Assembly: GCF_000372725.1 (NCBI RefSeq)
Contig: NW_005202428.1
Coordinates: 1,349,331-1,413,330, forward strand
DNA: 64,000 nt
Source of the DNA: Emiliania huxleyi CCMP1516
Lineage: Eukaryota
Direction of reading: 5' to 3'
Below are positions 1 through 11,612 of the stretch, one piece after another. The notes beneath the pieces were generated by a model, which did not search any database, had not been told where the DNA came from, and saw nothing but the letters and a program-made list of their open reading frames with translations. A program made the position numbers and the translations under genes. How positions within the stretch are numbered: the first letter of the stretch is position 1; the number at the start of each line of letters is the position of its first letter.

Positions 1-814
1 CGCAGTGGTAGGACCGCATGTACCCGCACTGGTGCTTCTTGCTTGAACACGAGCACAATAAACACGAGCACGGGCGCCGTGCCGCCTAGGGCTGTCCGCC
101 TCAATTGTCGCACGGCGCATCGAATTCGCGCAGACCAATGTAGTCGATGCCGGAGCGTGCGCATTGGTATTGAGAGGCTGAGGTCGGCGGCGTCGCGCAG
201 TAAGCGCAGTAACGCATGCAGACGATTTGGATACCGGCGCTTGCGTGGGAGCGAACACAGCGTCGGCCGCGGTGTGCCGGCGAATGTGGTGGTCCTCTTG
301 TCCACTGCGTCCGAGCCGAACCAGCTGTCCACACGAGAAGCGGCGGCGCGCGGGCGAGCCACGACGAGGTCAACCGTCTCGACCAGTCAGCCTCCGGCAC
401 AGCATTGGGTGCCTGCATGTCGCCGGGACTGCGGCGCTTGAGTGTCATCGCGTAGCGGTGCGGAGGCAGCGCCGTGTGCGCCTCTTTCGTACGCTCGAAG
501 TGCTCCAAGCAAGTGCTCCAAAGCCGTTTGAACCGCGCCCAAGCTGCTCTAGGAGCCTCTCCCATCGCGGCCCGACTGGGGCCGAGTCCGCGGGGCTCGC
601 ACGGTGCACGGGCCGGCCACTAGAGCACGTACTGAGTACTGTGCGCGCGCCGGGGCGAGTGACTTCGAGAAGTCACTAAGTCACTTCTTCGAGTCACTCC
701 TAGAGATTTGCCCGCCAAAAGAAAGCCAATTCTTGACTTGGGCCCTCGGGGAGGCCTGCGGGCGGCCTTCTCTCGAGGTCTCGAGATACACAAAGCGGCC
801 AACCTAGAGATAGA

Positions 815-923
<109 letters not shown>

Positions 924-1123
924 CACACACTCACACACACTCAAACACAAAGGTATTGCTAAAAAAGCAGCACACACTCCTCCCATCCTTCGTTTGGGTT
1001 CACGGGACTGGTGCGCAGCACGGAAAAGAATTTGTAGCCCCCACGGGACCGCGTAAGCACTCCTGCGGGCGGATTCGACATAGCGGAGATACTCGTACGT
1101 CCGGTCACACATGGCCCCCCAAA

Positions 1124-3329
1124 ATGGTTTCGCCCTTTTGCCTATGGGCCGTGTGGTGGGCGCTCCCGCTCACTTGCGCGAGGAGCGCGCTGATGCAAGC
1201 TCAGATGGCAGCCAAGGAAAGGGCGTGGTCGGCGATGGCTGCAAACGCCTCTGCCTACCCTCACGTGGCGTCTGGCGCTGCGCAGTGCGTCGACGGCGTT
1301 GCCGCTGGGGAGTTTAGCTGCTCTGGCGTGGACATGCTGTCCCTGACGCCGCGCACGGCGCTCCACGTGGGCACAGCAGACTTTTGCTCCGACCTATGGG
1401 GCTGGGTCCACCCAACGACTGGCGTCGAGTACGCCCTTCTCGGCATGCTCGACGGCGTCGCGTTTCTCGACATCTCAGAGCCGACTAGGCCGCAAGCCGT
1501 CGGCTGGCTACCGGGCGCCGGCTCGCCGGCGGGTGGGTCGTGGTGGCGCGATGTCAAGACGTTCCGCCACTACGCGCTGATCGTCTCCGATGACATCGAA
1601 AACTCGGGGCTGCAGGTCCTTGACTTGCTGACTCTGCCAGACAAGTCCAGCCTCGACCCGACTCTGCCGCCGCCGACGCTCGCGCCCAGCGCCGAATACC
1701 ACGGCTTTAGCCGGGCCCACAACATCATCGTCTCGCCGGGTGCGGCGCCCTCCCCACCCGCGTCTCCGAGAGTCGCGCGCGCTTGCCAAGGCAAGGCTCT
1801 CGCGCCAAGGCTCCCCGCCGGCAAAAGGGTCGAGCGCCGCAACGCGCCGCCTCCGATAGCGGCCCGACCCTGCCCTCTCCCCCTCTCCGCTCTCTCCGAC
1901 CGCCTGGGGCGTGTTGAGCAGGCAAACCCTTTGCGTTCATTGCTGGCTCTACGGGCTCAACGAGCGAGCCCTGCGGCCTGCAGGTTATCGATGTGTCTGA
2001 CCCGACACGCCCAGAGCACGCTGCCTGCTACACGGGCGTCGGGTGGGTCCACGACGGTCATTGCGTTGTGTACCACGGGCCCGACACGGATCATGTGGGC
2101 AAGGAGATATGCGTCACCTTCAACGCCGCCGGTGGACGCTACGATGGCGGCGGCCTGGGGCCTGGCGACGTCTCGATTCTCGATGTGACCGACAAGCGCA
2201 ACATCCTCCTCCTCTCACGTTTCACCTACCCTGCCGTCGCCTACCCGCACCAAGGCTCGCTGCTGGAGGATCACGCCATCCTCGCGTTTGGCGACGAGCA
2301 CGATGAGGCACTCAGCGAGGACACTCTGCGCGAGGCGGAGAAGTATCTCATCGGCGACTCGTGGCGCGAGGCGCAGCGAATGCCTGCCCTCGCGGCCGGA
2401 CGAACGCGCACGCTGCTCTACGACATCTCCGATCTCGACCGTCCCTTGCCAATCGGGGAGCACTACTCCGCAGAGACAGCCATCGGCCACAACATGTACG
2501 CGGCCAAAGGGTACTTGTGGCAGGCCAACTACTGCGCTGGGCTGCGGGTACTCACCCGCGCCGTCGCCGCCCCGGGCGACCTCCGCGAGGTTCGTGAATG
2601 CGCATGAGATCCGGACCCGAAGCGAGCTTGAAGGCGCATCGTTTTTGTTAGGTGGCCCATTTCGACGTCAGCTCCGGCTGCGACACGAGCGAGTTCATGG
2701 GCGCGTGGAGTGTCTACCCCTACCTCCCATCCGGAAACCTTCTCGTTTCGGGGGTGGAGCGCGGGCTCTTCGTCCTCCGACCAAGCTTCCTCGCGGACGA
2801 GCACGCCACTGTGGTCGCTGCTGTGCACGCGCAAGACGACGTCACCGCGGCTGACGTGTCTTGCCTTGAGGTTCCCCGCTGTAGCTTCCCTGGCCCACGT
2901 CCTCCTCCCCCTCACTCGCCGCTCCCAAGTAGTTGCACCGCCGCATCCTGCCGCCAGGTCACCATCGTCGTCATTCCCGGCTGGAGCGTGCGAAGATCCG
3001 CACAAGACCCGCGCTTTTGTGTCGGAGAGAGGTTGCGTCAGCCGCCAGTCTTGTGGTGGGCGATTGACACGGCGCTGGCGCCGTCCTACGTTTCCGGCTG
3101 CGCCGTCTCCCATGAGTCGTGCCCGCAAAAGGACCTCGAGGACTGGTCGGGCGTCGACTCGCTCATCTCGCCCGGTGTGTCGCTGTTTCTTCTGCTCGTC
3201 TGCCAGTTTCTACCCGTCCCCGACCACCCCCTCTTCAAGGCGGTGGCGCCGCCGCCGGAGGACGACGATAAGTCTACCGAGCAGGTGGAGTCATCCGTGA
3301 ATGCCGGGATGGAGACGGCGCAAGCGTAA
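1124..3329 (+). CDS. Secreted choice-of-anchor B / LVIVD-type beta-propeller protein (spliced; 3' exons uncertain)
   Basis: Hydrophobic N-terminus MVSPFCLWAVWWALPL. Motifs SDLWGWVHPTTGVEYALLG, SWWRDVK, AHNII, YPHQGSLLEDH..GDEHDE, GHNMY, QANYCAGLRVL and GAWSVYPYLPSGNLLVSGVERGLFVL span ORFs 818, 1993 and 2652 in the order typical of this family. Confidence 0.8.
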
Positions 3330-3776
3330 GTCCTGGAGAAGCAAGCAAGGGGTGTTTTTTCTCCGAAAACATTTTTTGCGGACGTCGCACAAGCAGTTGC
3401 TGACCCACAGCCGAAGCGCGGGCCACTCGCTCCAAGGGCTGGCAAGCGGTGCACGCGGGATTTTTCTCTGACGGGGTTTTCGAGGCGTCACTCCCCAAAA
3501 TCATTTTTGCGAATTTTTAGGAAAAAAATTCGAGGCAGGACCCCTTTCAGGCCCATTTCTGGCCGCCACACAAGCCATTACCGCGGCGATTGTGGGCTTT
3601 TTGACCATTTTTTCTCTTTTTTGCGGCGGAGGCCTGGGCAAGCTTTTCCGCGGTTTTCGGCCGCAGACAGATGGGCTGACTAACATTAGCTACCGGACAG
3701 TTGTCCTGGACACCAGCGCGGTCGGTAAGAGAGAAAGAGAAGCTCCGAATTCTTTCCGCGCTAATCCCCAAGAGAG

Positions 3777-3908
3777 CGTGTGCCTCGTATCCTGACGAGT
3801 AGAGGCCCCGCCCACCCAGGGTACCCTCTCCGAGGACCCATTTGGGTAGCTCTTTCGAGGACTCGCCCCGGGCCGGGGCTCTGTTCCGAGAGACCTCGAG
3901 ACAGCGCG
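3777..3908 (+). promoter_or_regulatory. ~130 bp element upstream of NOC3; second copy upstream of TSR3
   Basis: Blocks cgtgtgcct / cgagta / cccacccagggtaccc / gacccatt / cgagg.ctcgcccc / agagacc.cgagacagcgc recur on the minus strand at 38475-38590. Confidence 0.5.
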
Positions 3909-3992
3909 TGTGCCTCAACTCGCCAGGCGTGTGCCTCGTATCCGTGCTAAGACGGACAGTGACTGACAGGGAACGCCGCCATCTGGCCATAT

Positions 3993-6753
3993 ATGGGATT
4001 CAAGCAGGGCGACGTGGAGCAGGACTACGAGCGGCGGCCGCGCGCGAGCAAGGAGGACGGCCCGGCGGCCGGCCGCGAGCTGCTCCCGGTCCGCGAGGGT
4101 GGCAAGTGGCAGCGGCGCACAGCACCGGCTCCCAAAGGCGAGCCGCAGACCAAGAAGGGCAAGCAGCGCGCCAAGGCTCGTGCTCAGGCGTCCGCCGCTG
4201 CCGCTGCTGGCAGCGCGCCGGCCGCCGAGCTCTCGCTCTCCCAGAAGCGCGCCACGATCGCAAAGCTGTCGGCGCAGCTGCTGCACTCGCCGCACAAGAA
4301 CATCGGGCTGCTCAAGGAGCTGCACGAGCTCGCGTCGCGGGACGTATCGCCGGCGACGCGGCGGATGGCGGCGCTGAGCTGCGTGGCGGTGCTGCGCGAC
4401 CTCATCCCGGCGTACCGCATCCGGCTGCCCACCGACAAGGAGCTGGCGATGCAGGTGTCTTCCGAGGTGGAGGCGCTGCGTGCGTACGAGAGGCAGCTGC
4501 TTCGCGGGCACGAGGCGGCGGTGGGCCTGCTGCGCGGCTGGCTGCGGAGCGGCGAGCAGCAGCAGCGGCTCGCCGCGGTGCGCGGGCTCGCCGCCCTGCT
4601 CGAGAAGGGGCGCGACTTCAATGGCGTTGACCAGCTGATCGGCGGGCTGGTGAGACGACACTTCCGAGACACTTCCCACCTTCTCGGCTGATGTCGGCAC
4701 GCACTCTCGGCCCCCGCAAGCCGCCGTGGCCGCCACCCGCCGCCTCCGGGCCCGCCCAGCTCGCGCCGCCGCACCTCCACAGCGCGCCCACGCCACGTCG
4801 CCGACGCGTGCACGTCCACGTCCACGTCACGTCCACGCAGGTGCCGTCCTGCAACTCTGCCGACGACGAGGAGCGGGCGGTGGCGTGCGGAGCGCTCACC
4901 GAGCTGTTTGGCGCGGACGTGGCGGGCGAGGCGACGCTGCTCGCGGTGCGCTCGATGGCCGCCCTCCTCAAGACGAGCTCGTTCAGCGTCCACCCTTCGA
5001 TGCTCGAGTGCTGGCTCTCGCTCCGCTTGGACGCGTCGGCGGCGGCAGCCGCTGCGTCGGCCGAGAAGGAGCGCTTCGGCGCGCGCAAGGGGAAGAAGCG
5101 GCGGAGGGGCATCGACCCTGTCGCGCGTGAGCTCGCCGCCGCCTCGGGCGACCGAGGCGAGGGCATTCCGCTCGACCTGCCCCCCCCCCCCCCCCCCACT
5201 TCCGCACACGCACACACACCCGCCCCGCCCCACCCCTGCCCTCCCCCCACACACCTGCCCCGCCCCACCCCGCCCGCCCATCACCCGCCCCACCCCGGCC
5301 CGCCCGCCCACCGCCAGCCTTCCGACACTCTCCGCCCGCTCCTCAGGCGACGTCGGCCTCAAGTCGGCGGCAGTGCTCGAGCAGCTCTTCGTCTCGTACG
5401 CGCGCGTCGTCAAGGCGCGCCCCGGCGGGCCGCTGATGCCGCTCGTGCTGCGCGGGATCGCAAAGTTTGCCCACTGCGTCAACGTCGAGCTGCTGCTCGA
5501 CCTCGTCTCCAATTTGCGCACCATCCTGCGCGACCCGGCCGCCCTCTCCACGCCGGCGGCGCTGCACTGCGTCCACGCGCTGCTCCGCCTCCTCTCTGGC
5601 CACGGCGCGAACCTCGCCGCCTCTCCCTCGTTCACTCAACCCGCCCGCTCACTCCCTCACTCACCCGCCTCTCACCCACCGTCGCGAAGCCTCCTCCTCC
5701 TCCTCCCAGGCGCAGCGCTCGCCGTCGACATGCGCGACGTGCAGCAGCGCCTCTACTCGCTTCTCGCGGAGCAGGCACAGCCATCGCCCCCGTGCCTCGA
5801 CCCCATGCCACGCCGCCCCGACCACACCCGGACCACACGCCCCAAACACCTCGCCCCTTGGCGCATGCCCCGACCACCTCTCGGCTTTCGCGCCCGCCGC
5901 GTGCGCGCGCCCGGCCCACCGACCCGCCTCCTCCGCTGCCGCAGGCTCTGCTCGCCGACACGCGCCTCCTCGCCACCGCACTCGACTGCCTCGACCACCT
6001 CTGCCGCCAGCGCTCGGCGCTGCTCGCGCCGCGCATCGCCTCCTTCTTTTGCCGGCGCGTCGACCCTAGATGCTGCAGTGCACATCCTCGCGCTCGAGAA
6101 GACCCGCCCACCAGCTGCCTTCCGCCACACTCAAGCCGCATCGTTTGCACTCGCAGCCCTCGCATTCCTGCAAGGCGCCAGCGTGCATTGCACGACCCCG
6201 TCGTCACACCCCCAGCCCACCGCACGCGCGCTCCAGGCTCGTCGACGCCGCCGCCACCCTGCCTCACGCGCACGCCGTCGCCCTCCTCGCCGCCGCCTCG
6301 CGGCTGCTCGTCGCGTGCCCTCGCGTCACGGCGCTGCTCGACGGGACAGACCGCGCCGGCCCGCCGCTCGCGCCGGCGCGTGCCGACGAGCGTGAGGACG
6401 TCGACTCTCCGCGCGCCATCAACTCGACGGCGTGGCAGCTCGCCCTGCTCCACCGGCACTACCACCCCGTCGTGGCGCAGCTCGCGAAGCGACTCGCAGC
6501 CGCAGAGCCGCTCCCGCCCGCCCTCGGCCGATCGACGCCGCTGCGGCTGATGGCGACCTACTCGGACGCCTCCGGCGCCTTCAACCCGCCCCCGCAGCCG
6601 CCCTCCAAGCGCCGCCGTGCCGCGGACGCCGCCAAGCGCGCCGCAAGCAGTAGCGGCGGCGGAGAGCTGCACGAGTCGATAGAGGCTGCCGTGGCGCGAG
6701 CCGGCGGCGGAGAGGCAAGCAGCGCGCTGGACTTTGCGGTCTTGCTGCGGTGA
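3993..6753 (+). CDS. NOC3: Nucleolar complex protein 3 (NOC3/CBF domain), multi-exon
   Basis: DLIPAYRIRLPTDKELAMQVSSEVEALRAYERQLL matches the NOC3p motif; LVLRGIAKFAHCVNVELLLDLV matches the CBF region; WQLALLHRHYHPVV is C-terminal. Introns include 5605-5709 and 6055-6236. Confidence 0.88.
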
Positions 6754-7537
6754 GGGCGCGCGCGGCACCGCGGTCCGGTGGACTCGGGCATCGGCTCCTA
6801 CCCCCGCAGTGGGGCGTGGGGGTCGTCGAGCTGTGACGGTGTGCTCGAGCACAGTCCGAGGTTTGATCGTACAGACCGGCGCATATAGGCGGTGCATATA
6901 CATTAATCGCCACACACGCGGCGGGTTTCACTAATTCGTCTCCTAAAGTCGCATTTTTGCCATTTCGCGCTTACGGCGTAATCGATCACGAGGCTCGTTG
7001 TGCGAGTATATGGGCCACGATGTCTCAAATATGAGGGGTTTTGACTCCTACCAGCTCCTGACGCTATCCCTGGCAGCTCTAATGGCCAGGATCAGTAGTG
7101 TTGTGATAGAGGGTGCCCATACTAGCGCAGGAGCTGCCACACTCGCCCGGACCGTCCCCTTCTGGGGCCGGTTCCGCAGCCCGCGAGAGCCGACCGCGGG
7201 GCTGTGCCGCGGGTGCCTACTGCCGAGTGCCACAAACACTGCGCCGTCCCGCCATCACCTACAGGCTGTCTTGTGTGATGGTTGGGATGTCCAAACGCCA
7301 CCATCTTGGCTCTTGCGACCTCAAACCCGCGAGCTGTATGGGTGGTCCTGACGTCGACAGACGCCCGATGACCACGGTGAAGCTGAGCCGGAACGCGTCG
7401 ACAAGTCTCGTCTGAGCCCGTGGCGGTCGCCGGCTGAGTCGCCGTACACGAGCCGGTACCTCAGGCGTCACCTCCGCAGCCTCAGGTCTCACACTCCATC
7501 ACCTCCGCCGGGACGCCGTCGGTGGCACGTTCGGCGG

Positions 7538-7686
7538 CGAGTTTGTGGCAGCTCCACAGCGAGCGCGGCGTCGAGCCTACTCACTCCAGTTGGTTCGGCA
7601 CACTCGGTGGGGTCCACCGAGTGTGCCGAACGCGCGAGCGGTGCGTCCTGGCAGCCCGCGCTGGCTGCGGAGCTGCCACAAACTCG
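7538..7686. repeat. ~150 bp imperfect nested palindrome (MITE-like or hairpin RNA)
   Basis: cgagtttgtggcagctcc pairs with ggagctgccacaaactcg; inner stem gttcggcacactcggtgg/ccaccgagtgtgccgaac has a 3-nt loop. Confidence 0.8.
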
Positions 7687-8035
7687 AGACACGCTTTTTG
7701 GGACATTTTCGACGCTTTTGGCCCATATACTCGCACAACATGCCACGACGCAGTTCCGCTCTCCACGAATGACACTGGACTCTGTTTTATTTTTTGTGCA
7801 ATTCGTGTGGACTGGCAAGAGAGAAGAGTGCGCACACTTTCATGCATCTCATGTGCTGCTGCTGGCACGGCACTCTGCACATTGCAGGGCCGTTCACGGT
7901 TTTGTGTTTACACGGCTGATCTCTCTCTCTCTCTCGACGCCGAGGTGTGCTAACGTAGTTGTACGCGGAGTGTAAAGCAACCGCGGCCCGGCGATGCGGA
8001 AGAACTGTACGAATACATATGTAGGTACGTGGCAG

Positions 8036-8389
8036 CTAACAGGTACTGCGCAGCGGAGCCATGTGTCCGCCAAGGCGCGATAGGCCGTTGACGCCGAGGA
8101 GGCCCGCCATGGCGAGAAAGGCCTTGGGGAAGTCGGCGGGCAGCAGGCAGGCCACCTCGGCCTCGAAGCCCGCCCTCTCGTTCAGCTGGCGCGGTATCAT
8201 CTCCTCCAGCTTGCCCATCACCTTCTCCATTGTGAGCCGCCTCATCTTCTCGGCGAGCACGTCCTTCAGGCCGAGCCAATCCGCCGCGAGCAGCATCCAG
8301 CCCGACACCTGCCCCACGCGCGCATTCTTGACTCCGATGGTTTCCACCAGCTTTTCCAGCTCCAGGTCGGTGGCGGTGACCTGTATCAA
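8036..8389 (-). CDS. Possible exon or gene fragment of unknown function
   Basis: Protein-like composition (ELEKLVETIGVKNARV...MEKVMGKLEEMIPRQL) and GC-ending codons; no recognisable family. Confidence 0.3.
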   Translation of the reverse strand: MIQVTATDLELEKLVETIGVKNARVGQVSGWMLLAADWLGLKDVLAEKMRRLTMEKVMGKLEEMIPRQLNERAGFEAEVACLLPADFPKAFLAMAGLLGVNGLSRLGGHMAPLRSTC

Positions 8390-8619
8390 GTCTCAGCACC
8401 GCCCAGCGAGCGCGTGGGCGTGAACAACTCTGGACTCTGGTAGCGCTCCTTCAAAGTACAAAGAATTCGCGCCACACACTCGCCCGCATCTAACGGAGCG
8501 TGTCAACACCTCCCGAGGGGCGGTGTTAACACGTTTGAACACCTCTACGGCTGTGGTGTTAACCGTAAAATTTGAACGTTAATCCACCAGCCCTGGTTGG
8601 GCAGGTGTGAACAACACCT

Positions 8620-9050
8620 CGTGACCACGGCGCCGTAGGCGCCTGTTGATGGTTCCAGGTGATAGCCCTGGATGGGCAATGCATACGCCTAGTTGGACCT
8701 CAGATCGCCCGACCGCGTCCCGGTGCTCTGTGGTCGGATTTGTGGCGCCGCCGCACGCCGCGCCGCGGCCAGGGAGGGGCCCTCCGGAGGCCAAGGATGG
8801 CCGTGGCGGACCGGGACGAGCTCTGGGAGGTAGAGTGTCAGTGTAATATTGTAGATACTGACCATGTGCACAATATCTCTCAGTCTAGCTAAGCCAGGGG
8901 AGGCGATGCCGGGGCCGTACAGCAGCTTGATGGTTGGTTGCTTCGCCGGCGTGCGTCCCGGAGCGGCCTGGCTGGGCGGTCCGGGGGAGAAAACTCGAAT
9001 TCCGACACCGCTCTGATTCGACTTTAACTTCAAACAAAGACGGCGGCACG
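8620..9050 (+). mobile_element. Dispersed non-coding repeat family A, copy 1
   Basis: Shares ccaggtgatagccctgg..gcatacgcctagttgg..ggaccgggacgagctctgggagg..ccatgtgcacaatatctctcagtctagctaagcc..gccggggccgtacagcagct with 31210-31670 (+) and with 56872-57095, 26146-26415 and 54222-54273 (-). Confidence 0.85.
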
Positions 9051-9466
9051 TGCCGCGCCGGCGTGCCGGGGGGCCGCGTCCATCGGACAAGAGTACAGGT
9101 ACGAGTAGTGTTCACTGCGCGACGATCGTGAATACCGGGTACCTCCAGTTTCGTAGTCTTTGTTAGTATCGAGGCTAATCCCGGGCTGTCAAGCGGCGGT
9201 GTGGTGCCGTGAAGGGCAGCGGTGCCAAAACTACGACTATTAGTACCGTGCGGGGGCAGTGCATTTAATTCTGTCAAAAATCGAAATGTGCTCCGTGGGA
9301 CGTATTGGGCTAGGACCATACGTCCGGGAGGGCCCCCATGCGTGCCGCAACGACCCACAGTCTGGTACCACTCTGTTCACGTTCACAGCTCTTAAGTGTG
9401 CCATACTCCGATACTGGGGAGGTAGCGCCCGGGCACCGACTGCTCATCACAACGTCCGGCGAAGCC

Positions 9467-9931
9467 ATGTCGGCTGCCGTCGCTCTTCTGACTGCCTGCG
9501 CCAGCTGGCTGATCGGCCCTCCATCGCGCGGAGTTGCTTGCACGCTGCGGTCCTCCAATACGCGTATGGATGCTCCGCCGTTGTCGCCATCGCTCGAGTC
9601 TGTGGCCGACGGCGGGCCGGAGGATCTTCTCGAGCGGCTCTCAACGTGCCCTGCCGAAGGGCTCGACGAAAAGGAGCTCGAGGCGCTCAAGGCTGCAAGC
9701 CTCTGCCTTGAGCCGTGCGGTGCCGACCTGAAGACGCCCTTTGGCTCTCCGCTCACTTTCTTCGGCGCGCTCCGGTCTCCCTCCGAGGACCCGACGCCGG
9801 CGATGTGGGATGCAGTCCGCACAAAATGGCCTATCCTCGCAAGCAAGAGCGATGATGAGATGCAGCCGGCGCTCGTGCACATTGCCGCTGTCCAAGTGGA
9901 CCGGCGCTCGCTGCCAAAGCCCCCTTTCTAG
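9467..9931 (+). CDS. Small hypothetical protein with signal-peptide/transit-like N-terminus
   Basis: MSAAVALLTACASWLIGPPSRG..RSSNTRM resembles a bipartite plastid-targeting presequence, followed by a ~120 aa globular-looking region. Confidence 0.5.
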   Translation: MSAAVALLTACASWLIGPPSRGVACTLRSSNTRMDAPPLSPSLESVADGGPEDLLERLSTCPAEGLDEKELEALKAASLCLEPCGADLKTPFGSPLTFFGALRSPSEDPTPAMWDAVRTKWPILASKSDDEMQPALVHIAAVQVDRRSLPKPPF

Positions 9932-10190
9932 CCCATCTACGCCCATCTTTTCCCTCTAGGAAACCCATGAGTACGTACCATGTTGCATGCCCATGTGCCG
10001 CCCGAGAGTCGAGAGATCGAGAGAGTTGGAGAGAGAGATCACAAGAAGGCAAGGCCATATGGAGTACTTTAATCACAAAGCTCTCTAGACAAGAGCGAAG
10101 AGGGAGGCGCGCGGCAGAGAGGGCAGAGGCGTTTATGTGGCTTTATCCACATGCGTTTATCTCTTTTGGGGCTCAAAGGCGGTGATCGGC

Positions 10191-11117
10191 CGGTGACCGG
10201 CCACAGAGAGCGATACCCTCCCTGAGAGAGTCGCACACGCTGGCGTACATTCGGTGCGCTCATAACAACGGATTGGGAAATTCAGGCGGCGCGCAGTGCC
10301 GCATGGACGACGCCGTCCAGATCCTGTTGGTGAGCTGCCAGCCCCAGTCGCCACGCCTCACCATCTTCACCTCGGGGATGCCGTCCACCTGGACAAAGGT
10401 GGCCTGCGGCGTCTCGCGCAGCTGGAACGGCCTCTGCTGGTTGCCAAACGTCGAGCTGCGGTAAGAAAGGATATGGCGCTCTTCCGTCTCCAGTCGGCGA
10501 TAAGGGAAGTTTGTGATCCGGTCTGCGAACGGGAGGGTTGGGAAGTGAGCTGTGAGCCGCCGCGCGAGGCCGGAGCAGGGCTCATTACATGGCGGCCGCC
10601 CAAAGAATTTGACCTCCCATGACTCCACGAGCACCAGGTCGCTGACAGTGCCCAGGCGCCGCCGCCCGTCAACCTCTGCCCACCTGTACTGCTCGCGCGG
10701 AGTCATCCCCGAGAGCCTGTCTCCGTAGCAAGTTTCGGGATCGAGGCCCATGGAACCCCACCGCGCTTGGCACACACGCCTCCATATCTCTTCTCCGAAG
10801 CTCGGCTCACGCATCAACGAGGCGAAGAGACGACAAACCGCCTCACAATTCAGCAGGTCGGCAGCCTCGAAGTCTCCGGTCAGAAGGATGTGCGAGACCA
10901 GCTCGACAGGGATGGCTTCATCCAGGCCGACTGCGGAGGTGCAAGGCGTCACAGGCTGGCGGAGGCCGAGGACCCACCTCAAGCGTTGCAAAAGGTCGTC
11001 GGTCGCCATGAGACTCGGCGGAGCAACAGCAGAAATAGCGACGTGTGTGGGCGGTACCGGAGTAGTCGCTCGGTGACCGGCAACAGAGAGCGATACCCTC
11101 CCTGAGAGAGTCGCACA
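10191..11117 (+). repeat. 47-bp direct repeats (10191-10237, 11071-11117) bracketing the F-box gene
   Basis: cggtgaccggc[c/a]acagagagcgataccctccctgagagagtcgcaca, 1 mismatch. Confidence 0.95.
10260..11009 (-). CDS. Intronless F-box domain protein
   Basis: IPVELVSHILLTGDFEAADLLNCEAVCRLFASL...EEIWRRVCQARWG is an F-box consensus; the C-terminal region is unrecognised. Confidence 0.75.
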   Translation of the reverse strand: MATDDLLQRLRWVLGLRQPVTPCTSAVGLDEAIPVELVSHILLTGDFEAADLLNCEAVCRLFASLMREPSFGEEIWRRVCQARWGSMGLDPETCYGDRLSGMTPREQYRWAEVDGRRRLGTVSDLVLVESWEVKFFGRPPCNEPCSGLARRLTAHFPTLPFADRITNFPYRRLETEERHILSYRSSTFGNQQRPFQLRETPQATFVQVDGIPEVKMVRRGDWGWQLTNRIWTASSMRHCAPPEFPNPLL

Positions 11118-11340
11118 GCCTCAGCCGGCGGGTCCACTGTGGTCGCAACAATTTTTTTCTCGGGCGCGAAAGAAGTTGAAAGCCCCCTCGCGGAGCTCGC
11201 CCCAGCCAGCCCAGCGTCCGGACAGAGAAAAACCAGGGAAGGGAGTCAGTACCCGTGTGGACTGGAGGTAACAGCAGCAGCAGCAGCAGCAGCAAGCAGC
11301 AGCAGGGGAGTAAGTACCTCGCCACATTCTGTCTGGGACA

Positions 11341-11397
11341 CCATACCGCGTTGGTGTCCAGTCCGAGCCTGATGACTGTTCTTCTTCACCTTCCTAC
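11341..11397 (+). repeat. Short dispersed repeat family B (~55-60 bp)
   Basis: ccataccgcgttggtgtccagtccgagcct..gttcttcaccttc also occurs at 14537-14591 (+), 15481-15544 (-) and 51264-51304 (-, partial). Confidence 0.9.
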
Positions 11398-11461
11398 ATA
11401 ACTGGTCAATGCCGCCTCTGCGGGCCGAGCCCGCCCAGCAACATTGGTTGGTTGGGGGGGG

Positions 11462-11612
11462 TGCGGTAGGTAGACAATGTACCTCCCATCTAACCGCGCC
11501 TACCCTTTCGTGGGTAATGGGTAGACCTTTCACACCCACCGAGGTCATTCCTCTACCTAGTTCGTGCGTCCTGCTATCGCCCGCCTGCTTTCGTTGCGTT
11601 CTCTCAGCGTGG
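11462..11612 (+). repeat. Dispersed repeat family C (~150 bp)
   Basis: tgcggtaggtagaca..acctcccatctaaccgcgcc..gggtaatgggtagacctttcacacccaccgaggtcat..ctagttcgtgcgtcctgctatcgcccgcctgctttcgt has a reverse-complement copy at 55871-56023. Confidence 0.9.

Noticed and set aside
4184..6915. Long Arg/Pro/Ala-rich ORFs overlapping NOC3 (and similar ones over GTPBP and WDR59)
   Set aside because: These are shadow frames caused by high GC content and intron read-through; they have no motifs.
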